From: Thermoanaerobaculia bacterium
GTDB taxonomy: Bacteria > Acidobacteriota > Thermoanaerobaculia > Multivoradales > UBA5704
Assembly: GCA_044226625.1 (NCBI GenBank)
Contig: JBGAGQ010000028.1
Span: 1-64,000, forward strand
Direction: 5' to 3'
Length of the DNA: 64,000 nt
The translations under genes were made by a program, and so were the position numbers. Shown piece after piece: positions 41,258 through 51,107 of the stretch. Numbering within the stretch: position 1 is the stretch's first letter; every line of letters starts with the position of its first letter. The notes below the pieces were generated by a model that was not told where the DNA came from, searched no databases, and was given only the letters and a program-made list of their open reading frames with translations.

Positions 41258-42760
41258 CTATCGGCCTTCCGTGCCGTGCTTCTCGATGTACCCCTTCATG
41301 ACGCTGTGCTTCTGGCCGTAGAGGAAGTAGATCAGCAGGCCGATTCCGAGCCAGACCAGGAGGCGCCACCAGTTGCCGTACGGCAGCGAGAACATCAGCA
41401 GCAGGCACATTACGATGCCGAGGATGGGCACCACCGGCACCATCGGGCAGCGGAACGGCCGCTCAGCGTTCGGATAGCGCTTCCTCATGATGAGCACCGC
41501 GGCGCAGACCACGACGAACGCGAACAGCGTTCCGATGTTGGTCAGACGGAGCAGGAAGTCGATCGGCAAGAAGCCTGCGCCGAACATCACGGACACGCCG
41601 ATGAGGATGGTCGAGAGCCAGGGCGTCTGGAACTTCGGGTGGACGTTGCCGAAGAATTTCTTGGAAACCAAGCCGTCGCGCGCCATGGCGAGGAAGACGC
41701 GCGGCGCCGAGAGCATCATGACCAGGAGCACCGAGGTGATGCCGGCCACGCCCGCCGCGGCGATGATCCATTTCGCCCATTGGATGCCGCGCTGCGCGAA
41801 CGCCTGCGAGACCGGGGCGTTCACGTCGAGCTCCTTGTAGTTCACCATGCCGGTGAGCACGGCGACCACGGCGATGTAGAGGATCGTGCAGAGGATGAGC
41901 GAGACGATGATGCCGATCGGCACGTCGCGCTGCGGGTTCTTCGCCTCTTCCGTATGGGTCGACACTGAGTCGAACCCGATGTAGGCAAAGAAGATGATCG
42001 CCGCTCCGGCGAGCATGCCGAGCGGGTTGCCCTGCGGGTCCGTCTGCCCGGAAAGATGAGTGCCGAAGAAGTTCACGCCGGTCCAGCCAAACGGCGCGAA
42101 CGGATGCCAGTTCGCCGAGTTGATGTAGAAGACGCCGACGCCGATCACGAACAGCACCGCGGCGAGTTTGATGCCGACCATCGCCGCGTTGAAGCTCGCG
42201 CTCTCCTGGATGCCCTTGACCAGGATGATCGTCACGATCGCGACGATGATCACCGCGGGAAGGTTGATGAACGAGCCGGTCGAGACGAACAGCCCGGTGG
42301 TCCCGTCGTAGCGCCAGGGCGACTCACGGAACGCCAGAGGCAGGGCGTCGGCCCCGAGTAAGCTTTGTAAGTATCCTGACCAGCCTGTCGCGACCGTCGC
42401 GCTGCCCACCGCATACTCGAGCACCAGGTCCCAGCCGATGATCCAGGCGAACAGCTCGCCGAGCGTCGCGTAGGCGTAGGTGTAGGCGGATCCCGCGACG
42501 GGTACCATCGAGGCGAACTCCGCGTAGCACAGGGCGGCGAAGATGCAGGTCACGCCGGCCACCACGTAGGAGATCATCAACGCCGGACCGGCCACGTTGT
42601 GCGCCGCGGCGCCGGTCGCCACGAAGATGCCGGCGCCGATGATCGCGCCGACGCCCAGGGCGGAGAGCTGGACCGGTCCGAGAACGCGGCGAAGCCGGTT
42701 GTCGCTCTTCAGTTCTTCGAGCAGCAAGCTGAGCGGCTTGCGCGCGAACAGTTGGCTCAT
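41258..42760 (-). CDS. APC-family amino acid permease (CAT/YfnA-like)
   Basis: GAIIGAGIF, YAEFASMVPVAGSAYTY, FAYIGFD, MARDG, NIGTL. Confidence 0.92.
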   Translation of the reverse strand: MSQLFARKPLSLLLEELKSDNRLRRVLGPVQLSALGVGAIIGAGIFVATGAAAHNVAGPALMISYVVAGVTCIFAALCYAEFASMVPVAGSAYTYAYATLGELFAWIIGWDLVLEYAVGSATVATGWSGYLQSLLGADALPLAFRESPWRYDGTTGLFVSTGSFINLPAVIIVAIVTIILVKGIQESASFNAAMVGIKLAAVLFVIGVGVFYINSANWHPFAPFGWTGVNFFGTHLSGQTDPQGNPLGMLAGAAIIFFAYIGFDSVSTHTEEAKNPQRDVPIGIIVSLILCTILYIAVVAVLTGMVNYKELDVNAPVSQAFAQRGIQWAKWIIAAAGVAGITSVLLVMMLSAPRVFLAMARDGLVSKKFFGNVHPKFQTPWLSTILIGVSVMFGAGFLPIDFLLRLTNIGTLFAFVVVCAAVLIMRKRYPNAERPFRCPMVPVVPILGIVMCLLLMFSLPYGNWWRLLVWLGIGLLIYFLYGQKHSVMKGYIEKHGTEGR

Positions 42761-42833
42761 CGAGGGTCCTCCGGAAGGTGGTTCGTCATCGATTCCTCCG
42801 CAAACGGGGGCGAGGCTTGAAATTCGGCAGAGC

Positions 42834-44378
42834 TTACCCCTTCGGGGCAGGCTCCAGCTCGGTTTTGGGATCGCGCCGGGTCAGGAAATACACGGGGATG
42901 CCGATCAGCACCAGGATCAGCCCGGGGAGGGCCGTCTTGGTCCGGTAGAAGAGGAGGACGAGGGCGATGGTCGACGCCGCGATCATGTAGAGCGCGGGGA
43001 CCAGCGGATAGCCGAAGGCGAGGTAAGGACGCTCGGCCGCCGGCTGAGTCCTTCGGAGCCGGAAGATCCCGGCGATCGTGACGACGTAGAAGATCAGCAC
43101 CGCGAACACCACCCAGTCGAGCAGCACGCTGTAGACGTTGCCGTATTCCGCCACCCCCGCGGCGCTCACCGAGCGGGTGCGCGGCAGGACCAGGAGCGAA
43201 GCCCACACGCATTGGAGGGCGAGGCCGACCGCGGGCACCCGACGCTCGTTGAGCCGACCGGTCGAGCGGAAGAAGACGCCGTCCTTCGCCATCGCGTAGT
43301 AGACCCGGGCGCCCGCCAGGATCAGCCCGTTGTTGCAGCCGAACGTCGAGACGACGATCGCGATCGCCATCACCGCCGCGCCGCCGCCGCCGAAGATCGC
43401 CGAGAGAGCCGCCGTCGCCACCCGGTCGTCCGGCGCGGTCCGGATCTCCTGAAGCGTCAGGACCGAGAGGTAAGCGACGTTGGCGAGCACGTAGAGCAGG
43501 GTGACGAGGCCGGTGCCGAGCGCGAGCGAGAGCGCCAGGTTCTTCTTCGGGTTCTTGACCTCGCCCGCCGTGAACGTGATGTTGTTCCAGGCGTCGGAGG
43601 AGAAGAGCGAGCCGACCTGGGCGACGCCGAACGCGACGATCAGCCCGAACCAGCCGGCCGAGGCGACCGTCGGCGGGACGAACGAGAAATCGGGGGTGAT
43701 CGTCGCGGGATCGACCGGCGTCCAGGCGTTCGCGAAGTTCGCCGCGAGGTTATGGCCGAAGATCAGCCCGACGCCGATCAAGACCGCGAGCGCGAACGTC
43801 TTGGCGCTGGTAAAGACGTTCTGGATCAGCTTGCCCAACCGGATGCCGCGGGTGTTGATCCACGACAGGACGACGATCATCACGATGCCGACCAGCTGCT
43901 GGGTCGAGAGCGAGATCGCGTAGCTGCCGGAGAGATCGATCGGCGCCACCACCCAATTCGTCGGCGAGATCCATGGCACCAGCACCCCGAGATAGCGGGC
44001 GAAACCGACCGCCACCGCCGCGATGGTGCCGGTCTGGATGACCAGGAACAGCGTCCAGCCGTAGAGGAATCCCCAGAGCGGCGACCACGCCTCCCGCAGG
44101 TAGACGTACTGCCCGCCCGCCCTCGGCATCATCGCGGCCAGCTCGCCATAGGAAAGCGCGGCGCCGAGCGTGAGCAGCCCGGTGATCAGCCAGGTGAGCA
44201 GCAACCCGCCCGAGGAGCCGACCTGGCGCGAGATGTCGGCCGAGACGATGAAGATGCCCGAGCCGATCATCGACCCGGCGACGATCATCGTCGAATCGAG
44301 CAGGCCGAGCTCCCGGACGAAGCCGGATTTCGAGTCCTGCGAGGCATCGAGCGGGGCGGGGGTCGCGGATCCGGCCAT
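42834..44378 (-). CDS. APC-family amino acid permease (LAT/SteT-like)
   Basis: GSMIGSGIF, YGELAAMMP.AGGQYVYL, GEVKNPKKN, ARVYYAMAKDG. Confidence 0.92.
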   Translation of the reverse strand: MAGSATPAPLDASQDSKSGFVRELGLLDSTMIVAGSMIGSGIFIVSADISRQVGSSGGLLLTWLITGLLTLGAALSYGELAAMMPRAGGQYVYLREAWSPLWGFLYGWTLFLVIQTGTIAAVAVGFARYLGVLVPWISPTNWVVAPIDLSGSYAISLSTQQLVGIVMIVVLSWINTRGIRLGKLIQNVFTSAKTFALAVLIGVGLIFGHNLAANFANAWTPVDPATITPDFSFVPPTVASAGWFGLIVAFGVAQVGSLFSSDAWNNITFTAGEVKNPKKNLALSLALGTGLVTLLYVLANVAYLSVLTLQEIRTAPDDRVATAALSAIFGGGGAAVMAIAIVVSTFGCNNGLILAGARVYYAMAKDGVFFRSTGRLNERRVPAVGLALQCVWASLLVLPRTRSVSAAGVAEYGNVYSVLLDWVVFAVLIFYVVTIAGIFRLRRTQPAAERPYLAFGYPLVPALYMIAASTIALVLLFYRTKTALPGLILVLIGIPVYFLTRRDPKTELEPAPKG

Positions 44379-44474
44379 AGGGTCCTTCTCCTTGCCAGAG
44401 AGACGCCCGGGATCGGCGCGTCGATTCCATGAAGACGCCCGGTACGCGGGTGTCGATTCGGTGACGGAACGAGC

Positions 44475-46253
44475 TTAGGGGGCGGATGCTATCTCGCGAA
44501 GCGCCGAAAGGGGACGGGGCGGGCTGATCCAATGCCCCTGGCCGAAGTCGACGCCGAGGGCGCGCAATTGATTCACCGCGGCGAGGCTGCCGACCGATTC
44601 GGCGATCGTCTCGAGCCCCATCACATGCCCGACCTGGTTGATCGATTCCACCATCGCCCGGTCGAGCGGGTCGGTGACGATGTCCTGGATGAACTTGCCG
44701 TCGATCTTGAGGAACGAGACCGGCAGCTCCTTCAAATAGGCGTAGGAGGCCATGCCGTTGCCGAAATCGTCGAGCGCGAATCGGACCCCGCGGCTGCCGA
44801 GTCGGCCGAGCAGGCGGACCGCCTGCTGCAAGTTCTCGATCGCGGCCGTCTCGGTGATCTCGAAACAGAGCTTGCGAGGCGGAAACCCGGTCGCGGCGAG
44901 CCGGTCCTCGACGAAATCGAGGAAGGTCTCGTCGCCGAGCGAGACCGCCGAGAGATTGATCGCGCAGAGCGAGAGGCCGTCGAGCCAGGCGGGAGCCTCG
45001 GCCGCGAACGTCTCGAGCGAACGGCCGATCACCCAACGATCGATCGAGCGCATCAGGCCATATCGTTCGGCGGCGCGGATGAAGTCGGATGGCAGGTGGA
45101 TCTGCCCCCCCTCCGAGATCATCCGTAGGAGCACCTCGAAGCGGAGCCCCTCCCCTTCGCGTCGGCCGAGCGGACGGATCTCCTGGGCGAACAGGCGGAA
45201 ACGGTCACGCTCCAGCGTCTCCTGGATGCGCAGGACCCAGTTCATGTCGGCGTCGCGGCGCACGAACTCCGCCGTGTCAGGACGGTAGACCTGAATCCGG
45301 TTCCTCCCTTTCTCCTTCGCCACGTAGCAGGCGTGATCGGCGGCCGACATGAGGTGCGCGACCGAGGCGAAGTCCTCGGTCACCGGCACCAGACCGATCG
45401 AGACGCCGACCGAGAACGTTTTGTCCTGCCAGGCGAAACGGTATCCCTGGAGCTCGCGGTGGAACTTCGCGAGGTACCGCTCGGCGGTCTCGAGCGGCGA
45501 GTAGAGCGACAGCCAGGCGAACTCGTCCCCCCCGAGTCGCGCGACGACGTCGGAAGAGCGCATGGCGGCCTGGAGCATCTCGGTGATGCGATGGAGCAGC
45601 TCGTCGCCCGCCAGATGGCCGCAGGTGTCGTTGACCAGCTTGAACTGGTCGAGGTCCATGTAGGCGAGCGCGTGGGGGACCCCGGTTCGCCGCGTCTCCT
45701 CGAGCGCCCGTTGCAGATGCCCGTCGAACGCCGCCCGATTGAACAGGCCGGTGAGACCGTCGTGTGTCGCCTGGTGGGCGAGCTGGAGCGCGAGTAGCCG
45801 CTTCTCGGTGACGTCCTGGAACACCAGCACGGCGCCGACCTGCGCGCCCTGGCGGTCGCGGATCGGCGAGCAGGTGCACTCGACCGCGTGGCGCCGGCCG
45901 TCGCGCCGCTGGAGCGCGATCCGGTCGGTCAAGCGGAGGCTCTGACCGGTGGCGAGGCAGCGCTCGATCGGATGCTCGATCTCCCGGCCGTTGCTCTCGT
46001 CGATCAGGCGGAGCACCTCGGCCGCGGGGAGGCCCGCCGCGTCGCGCGCCGACCAGCCGGCGAGCTCCTCGGCGACCGGGTTCAACAGCTCCACCCGGCC
46101 GCGCGCGTCGGTCGAGAGGACCCCGTCGCCGATCGAGGCGAGGGTCACCTGGGCGAGCTCCTTCTCCGCCGCGATCGCCCCGAGCTGATCGTCGTAGGCG
46201 CGCGTCGTCTGCACCAGCAGATTGCGCAGGATCTCCCCTTCGAACCGGTTCAT
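44475..46253 (-). CDS. PAS-GGDEF-EAL c-di-GMP enzyme
   Basis: TLASIGDGV PAS, HDGLTGL.NR, RLGGDEF, FEVLLR, EITET, LDDFG, KIDG. Confidence 0.93.
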   Translation of the reverse strand: MNRFEGEILRNLLVQTTRAYDDQLGAIAAEKELAQVTLASIGDGVLSTDARGRVELLNPVAEELAGWSARDAAGLPAAEVLRLIDESNGREIEHPIERCLATGQSLRLTDRIALQRRDGRRHAVECTCSPIRDRQGAQVGAVLVFQDVTEKRLLALQLAHQATHDGLTGLFNRAAFDGHLQRALEETRRTGVPHALAYMDLDQFKLVNDTCGHLAGDELLHRITEMLQAAMRSSDVVARLGGDEFAWLSLYSPLETAERYLAKFHRELQGYRFAWQDKTFSVGVSIGLVPVTEDFASVAHLMSAADHACYVAKEKGRNRIQVYRPDTAEFVRRDADMNWVLRIQETLERDRFRLFAQEIRPLGRREGEGLRFEVLLRMISEGGQIHLPSDFIRAAERYGLMRSIDRWVIGRSLETFAAEAPAWLDGLSLCAINLSAVSLGDETFLDFVEDRLAATGFPPRKLCFEITETAAIENLQQAVRLLGRLGSRGVRFALDDFGNGMASYAYLKELPVSFLKIDGKFIQDIVTDPLDRAMVESINQVGHVMGLETIAESVGSLAAVNQLRALGVDFGQGHWISPPRPLSALREIASAP

Positions 46254-47416
46254 ACCGTCGCCTCGCGCAGCAGGACGAGGACCGCGGTGTGATTGTAGAA
46301 GGCGGGGGCCGCCTCGCCACTCGGTCCGATTTCGCCGAGCGAGAGGAAGCCCGAGAGTGGGGCGTCGCCGAGCGTGCGCTGGATCGCGGCGACCTCCTCT
46401 TCCGCCCGCTCTTTGAGCGCTCCCGCGCGATCGACGCACGAGAACAGGATCGCCGCCTCGGGGGGAGCGCCGCCCACTCGGCGATCCGCGCCTTCGGTCG
46501 GCTCCGGCGCCAGGTCGTTCTCCAAGCCGCCGAACATCCCCATCCGCACCTGATCGCCGGTTTCCAGCCCGCCCCAGAAGGTCACCGCGCCGGCCGGACG
46601 GTCGAACTCGCGCAGGCTTCGGTAGAGATCCTGCCGCCGGTGCGTGGGACCTACGACGATCAGGGGAAACCCCTGCGCCGCCTCGGGCAGCGGAGCGAGC
46701 TCTCCCCGCACCGTAAAGAAGCGACGGTACCAATCGGTCGCCGGCTCGCCTTCGATCTCGTAGACCACGTTCCCCTCGGCGCGCGTGACCGTATAGATCG
46801 GGCTCGCCGGCATGAATCCCCGCAGGACCTCGACCTGCGTTTCGACCCCCGTCAACAAGAGGGCGAGGCTGGTCGAAGCGCGAATCTCGCGATCGAGAAA
46901 GACCCGCGCTCCGCACCCTCGATCCCGCCGGCAGGGGTCCGCGGCCGTGGCCGAGGCGAGCCCCCCGGCGATCGCGCACGCCGTCGAAGCGAGCCGCCGG
47001 CCGACCTCGGTGAGAACCCGCTCCGCGGGAAAATCCAATCCATCGACCAAGAACAGCCCACCGCCCGCCGCGCCGAGTCGTTCGGCCAGGGCGGCTGTCC
47101 CCTCGTCGCCCGGCGGCCGGTCGAAAGAACCTTCGAGGGCGATCACCTCCGACCGGCCGGCTCCGTCGAACCAGAACGCGTGGACGACCCCTTCCGCCAC
47201 CGAACGCCCGTCGGCGATCTGTCCCGCCGCCTCGCAGCCGAGCCGCACCGCCCCGGGCCACGCGTCGGCGAGCGTCTCCACCTCGCGGCCGAGGTCGACC
47301 GAGGCGGGGAGGAACGCCAGCGCCAGATCCGGATCGCGCCCGAAGGAACGGGCCACCGCCCCGAGCTCGCTCGAAGATAGACCCGCCGACGTCGACACGA
47401 TCGTGCGGCTGCGCAT
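46250..47416 (-). CDS. FIST-domain (NosP-like) sensor protein
   Basis: GC...G.I, IAGGLA, VTRAEGNVVYEI...PA, FSC..R, GF...GEI, FYNHT; ATGA overlap with the GGDEF/EAL gene. Confidence 0.8.
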   Translation of the reverse strand: MRSRTIVSTSAGLSSSELGAVARSFGRDPDLALAFLPASVDLGREVETLADAWPGAVRLGCEAAGQIADGRSVAEGVVHAFWFDGAGRSEVIALEGSFDRPPGDEGTAALAERLGAAGGGLFLVDGLDFPAERVLTEVGRRLASTACAIAGGLASATAADPCRRDRGCGARVFLDREIRASTSLALLLTGVETQVEVLRGFMPASPIYTVTRAEGNVVYEIEGEPATDWYRRFFTVRGELAPLPEAAQGFPLIVVGPTHRRQDLYRSLREFDRPAGAVTFWGGLETGDQVRMGMFGGLENDLAPEPTEGADRRVGGAPPEAAILFSCVDRAGALKERAEEEVAAIQRTLGDAPLSGFLSLGEIGPSGEAAPAFYNHTAVLVLLREATV

Positions 47417-47619
47417 TGCCTCATCCCGCGGGCCGTCCCGCGGCTTTGGATCGTCACGAAGGCGCCGATGCGCCTTCCAGGATTTTGGATCTGGAGAGGA
47501 TTCTACGACGGCCGCCGGTAGCGGGGATACGTTACCGGGGGAGGCGCTTTGCCCTGGGGGCACCTGGCGAGCGGGCCTTCTCGCAGTGTTACGCTTTGCG
47601 CTGTTTCCGGAAATCTGCG

Positions 47620-47940
47620 ATGAGCTCCGACATCGAAGTCTGGCCGCCGCCGGACGACCCCACGGCGTTCGAGTCCCTCTGCCTCGACTTCTGGTCGGAC
47701 CTCTGGGGACCCGAAAGCCACGCGCAGAAGAACGGTCGCTCCGGCCAGCCTCAGGCCGGGGTGGACGTCTACGGGACCGATCGAGCCGGCTGGCAGGTCG
47801 GTGTCCAATGCAAACAGAAGAGCGGCCTTCTTCGCTCGAAGTTGACGGTGGCGGAGCTGGAGCGAGAGGTCGGAGAGGCGAGGACGTTCCTCCCCTCGTT
47901 GAAGCTTTTCGTCGTCGCGACGACCGGGGTGCGGGACGAG
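47620..47940 (+). pseudogene. 3'-truncated gene encoding an N-terminal Mrr-like PD-(D/E)xK nuclease domain
   Basis: PP....FESLC..., NGRSGQPQAGVDV, GVQCK, LT..E, FVVATT; the sequence switches to IS66 at about 47940. Confidence 0.75.
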
Positions 47941-47941
47941 G

Positions 47942-48964
47942 CGCCAGAAGTACCGCTGTCGGTGCAACGGCTGCGTCCGGACGGCAGAGGGGCCGCTCAA
48001 GCTGATCCCCGGCGGCCGGTATTCGGTCGCCTTTGCGGCCCACGTGGCCACCCAGAAGTACGGCTTCCACCTGCCCCTGGAGCGCCAGGTGGAGTCGATG
48101 GAGCACGCGGGTTTGGTCGTTACGTCGCAGACGCTGTGGGATCAGATCGAGGCGGCGGCCCGGGCGCTGGAACCGACGTACGAGGCGCTCGAACGCTGGC
48201 TGATGGAGCGCGATCTGCTCCACCTGGACGAAACCGGATGGCGCCAGCTGGGCGAGACGGAAAAGCCGCGTTGGACCGCGTGGTGCCGATGCACCGATCG
48301 AGCGATGCGAATTGACATTGCAAGCTCGAAGTCCGAGGAGGTGGGCCGGCGTCTGCTGGGCGGCTATCGAGGCACGGTGGTGGCGGACGGGTACCAGGTC
48401 TACAAAAACCTGGCGCGAGGTCCGAACGGCTTCCCCCTGGCGCACTGCTGGGCTCACGTGCTGCGCAAGTTTCAGGAAATTGAAGAGAACGAACCGCGCG
48501 CTCGGTGGATGCTCGGCAAGATCGGATTGCTGTTTGCGCTCGAACGAGAGATCCAGCTCGAAGCGGCACAGGACGCGGAGCGCCATCTGGCTCTCCGCCG
48601 CGAGCGAGCCGGTCCCTTTGTCGAGGAGATCCGTGCCTGGGCGCTCGCTCAGGGCGGTCTTCGTCGAAGCGAATTCGGCAAGGCCGTCGCCTACGTGCTT
48701 TCCCACTGGGAAGGCTTGGTGCGATTTCTCGATGACGCCGCCGTGCCGCTCGACAACAACCGGGCCGAGCGAGCGCTGCGAGGCCTGGTCTTGGGTCGAA
48801 AGAATCACTACGGCTCGCGCTCGCAGCGGGGCGCCAACGTCTCCGCCCTTTTCTATTCGCTGATCGGGACGGCGAAACTCAACGACCTCGACCCGGAAAC
48901 CTACCTACGCGAAGCCTTGGCCGCCGCCTTGAAGTCTCCCGGCGCGGTTACCCTGCCGTTTTGA
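47942..48964 (+). pseudogene. tnpC: IS66-family TnpC transposase, 5'-truncated
   Basis: RQKYRCRCNGC, KY..HLPLERQ, HLDETG, ADGY..Y, CWAH.LRKF, LDNN.AERALR...LGRKN; tnpA, tnpB and the left end are absent. Confidence 0.9.
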
Positions 48965-49021
48965 TTTGAGCTACGCCGGAAGCCGGCTGCGAATCGACGG
49001 CCCGGCGGCCGCGGATGTCCG

Positions 49022-49046
49022 CCGACGGGGCAGGGCGAGGAGGTAC
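49022..49046. mobile_element. Probable IS66 right terminal inverted repeat
   Basis: Reverse complement begins GTACCTCCTCGCCC, resembling the GTAA/GTA- ends of IS66, about 80 bp after the tnpC stop. Confidence 0.5.
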
Positions 49047-49047
49047 G

Positions 49048-49187
49048 GAGCACCCGTGCGCTGGAGCTTTGCAGCGGTGCAATCTGTCAGAGCACTCCTG
49101 CGCTGGGATTCTGCACCAGTGCACAGTGGGTTTGCAGCCCGACAAAACTCCAGCGCACCGCTGCAATCTCGCGGAGCACCCGAGGCC
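49048..49187. repeat. Degenerate 21-bp tandem repeat (about 6-7 units, 42-bp super-period)
   Basis: Units GAGCACCCGTGCGCTGGAGCT / TTGCAGCGGTGCAATCTGTCA / GAGCACTCCTGCGCTGGGATT / CTGCACCAGTGCACAGTGGGT / TTGCAGCCCGACAAAACTCCA / GCGCACCGCTGCAATCTCGCG / GAGCACC. Confidence 0.7.
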
Positions 49188-49428
49188 GGGCTCTAGGCCG
49201 CGCAGCCCGGACCTACCGCTCCGCTGCACGGTCCGAGCGAAGATGCGCCCCGACCGTGCGAACCAAGGCGCGCCTTCAGATCACTGGTCGCGAAAGCCGC
49301 CTTCGCGCACCAGAGCGCCGCGCCCGGGATTCCCGGGACCGCCGGCGTCCTCGCCGGCCTCGACGAGGAGCGAACGCCCGAGCGACGAATCCCCTTTCGG
49401 GACGGCGCTCCCTCCCCGCCGCCCCGCC

Positions 49429-50958
49429 CTACTCCCCCCGCACGTGGTTCGAGGCACACCGGTACCCACCCCCGCGGATCACGCTCTCGGCAAGCGGCGG
49501 CAGCAGCGTCAACCGCGCACCGGCCGCCGCGTAGGCGGCTTTCGCCTCGGCGTCCGCGGTAGACAAACCGCTCGCGAACATCTCGGCGCGGAGCGCGCCG
49601 TCCCGCGTTTCGAGGACGGCGTTGTTCCAGCCGATCAGAAAGCTCCCTCCCTCCGGTAGCTCGTCCGCCCGAGCGAGCGCCGAAAACGGTGCGAAGAGCA
49701 ACGGCAGCCGCCGCACCTCCATCCCCTCTTTCGCCAGCTGGGCGGCGACAGCGTCGAGGAAGGCTCCGAGGCGCGCGGCTGCTGGCGTCTCGAGACCCGC
49801 TCGAAAGACCGCGCGGAGGTCGGCGCCCGGCGCGAACCCATACGTCGTACGGGCCGCGGCCAGGTCCGCCAGGGTGAGCCGATCGAGGAGAGCGGAACCC
49901 GCCGCGACGTCGGCGACCAGGGCGATCCGCGCCGTTTCGCCTTTCCCAGCACCGGGCAGCAGCGTGACGATCGAATCGAGATCGGTTCCCGCGCCGCCGC
50001 CGAGGGTGCGGAGCTGCTCGCTCCGCGCGCTCACCTCTCCCGAGTCGGGGAGCGGATGAACGAAGCGCACCGGCCGGCCGTAGAGGGCGGCGAGCTCGTC
50101 GGCCGCTCGACGGGCGGCGGACAGGTAGCGGTCGATCCCCGCCGCGGTTCCGAACGTCTCTACCGGCACCCGCGAGATGCCGAGGAGGTCGAGGATGCGC
50201 GGCTCCAGCGTGTGGATCGAGATCCAGACCGCGTCGGGCGCCACGAGCGCTTGGCCGTTGTGGAACGGCACGGTCGCGACGGTCCAGATCGGCCGGCCGA
50301 AGCGGCGGTCGAGATCGTCCGGCAGGGTCTCGATCAACGCCCGGCCGAGCGTCTGGTCCTCCTCCCGGCCGCGCTGCACGTTCGGGCGCAAGAGAACCGC
50401 GAGGCCGCCATCCGGCCCCGGGCGGTGGGTGAGGCTCAAGGGGTCGCGCGGCCAGGGGGAATAGGGACGGTCGAAGGTGGGGAGCGCCCGCACCTTCGCG
50501 AGGCCGTCGAGCGCCTTTCGAGCCGCCGGATCGGCGAGCACGAGAAGCTCCCGCTCGGGGGCCGCGGCGTGGATCGCCGAGAGGAACGCTTTCGCCTCTC
50601 CGGCGGAAAAGAAGCGCGAAGGGAGCGAATAGAGCGAAGCGGTGATCGGCTTCGTCCAATCGTCGTCGAAGCGGAGGACGCCCGGGGCCGGCGGATCGAG
50701 CCGACGCTCCACGCTCGACCGGGGCGCGAGCTCGGCGGCGACGGCGAGCCGCTCGGTCTCGTCGAACGACAACCCTTCCGCCGCCACCCGCGCGGCGAGC
50801 GCCGATTCGGTGGTTGCGGGAACCGCCGGGACCGCCGGTGCGGCGGAGGCCGGCGGAGGACTTTTGGCCGCAGCGCAGCCGGTGACCGAGAAGAAGACCG
50901 AGCCGGCGACCGCCCAGACGATCGGTCCGCCGAGCGCGGGGAAGGAGCGGCGCTTCAT
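49429..50958 (-). CDS. Lipoprotein, putative pentein (amidinotransferase/deiminase-like) fold
   Basis: Lipobox VTGC, SPWPRD, DLDS, WNNA, C-terminal GGGYRCAS. Confidence 0.55.
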   Translation of the reverse strand: MKRRSFPALGGPIVWAVAGSVFFSVTGCAAAKSPPPASAAPAVPAVPATTESALAARVAAEGLSFDETERLAVAAELAPRSSVERRLDPPAPGVLRFDDDWTKPITASLYSLPSRFFSAGEAKAFLSAIHAAAPERELLVLADPAARKALDGLAKVRALPTFDRPYSPWPRDPLSLTHRPGPDGGLAVLLRPNVQRGREEDQTLGRALIETLPDDLDRRFGRPIWTVATVPFHNGQALVAPDAVWISIHTLEPRILDLLGISRVPVETFGTAAGIDRYLSAARRAADELAALYGRPVRFVHPLPDSGEVSARSEQLRTLGGGAGTDLDSIVTLLPGAGKGETARIALVADVAAGSALLDRLTLADLAAARTTYGFAPGADLRAVFRAGLETPAAARLGAFLDAVAAQLAKEGMEVRRLPLLFAPFSALARADELPEGGSFLIGWNNAVLETRDGALRAEMFASGLSTADAEAKAAYAAAGARLTLLPPLAESVIRGGGYRCASNHVRGE

Positions 50959-51107
50959 GGGGCGAAGTGTAGCCCGGGCCGTCGGCCTAGACATTCGATG
51001 CCTGGGGGCGTGGAGGTCGAAAGCTCGCTCCGATGGGTCCGCCCTTTGCAGGACCGGGGGGTTGCGTGCCTCCCCGCGGCGCGTCCGACCCGATCGAAAG
51101 GTCCGCG

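Noticed and set aside
46250-48808. 852-aa and 928-aa ORFs (46250-48808, 44475-47261) and the 1159-aa ORF 7511-10990 as giant fusion proteins
   Set aside because: The N-terminal extensions are shadow frames of neighbouring genes; the real starts are at 47416, 46253 and 10096.
49048-49187. Repeat considered as a CRISPR array
   Set aside because: Units are degenerate and contiguous with no unique spacers, and there are no cas genes.
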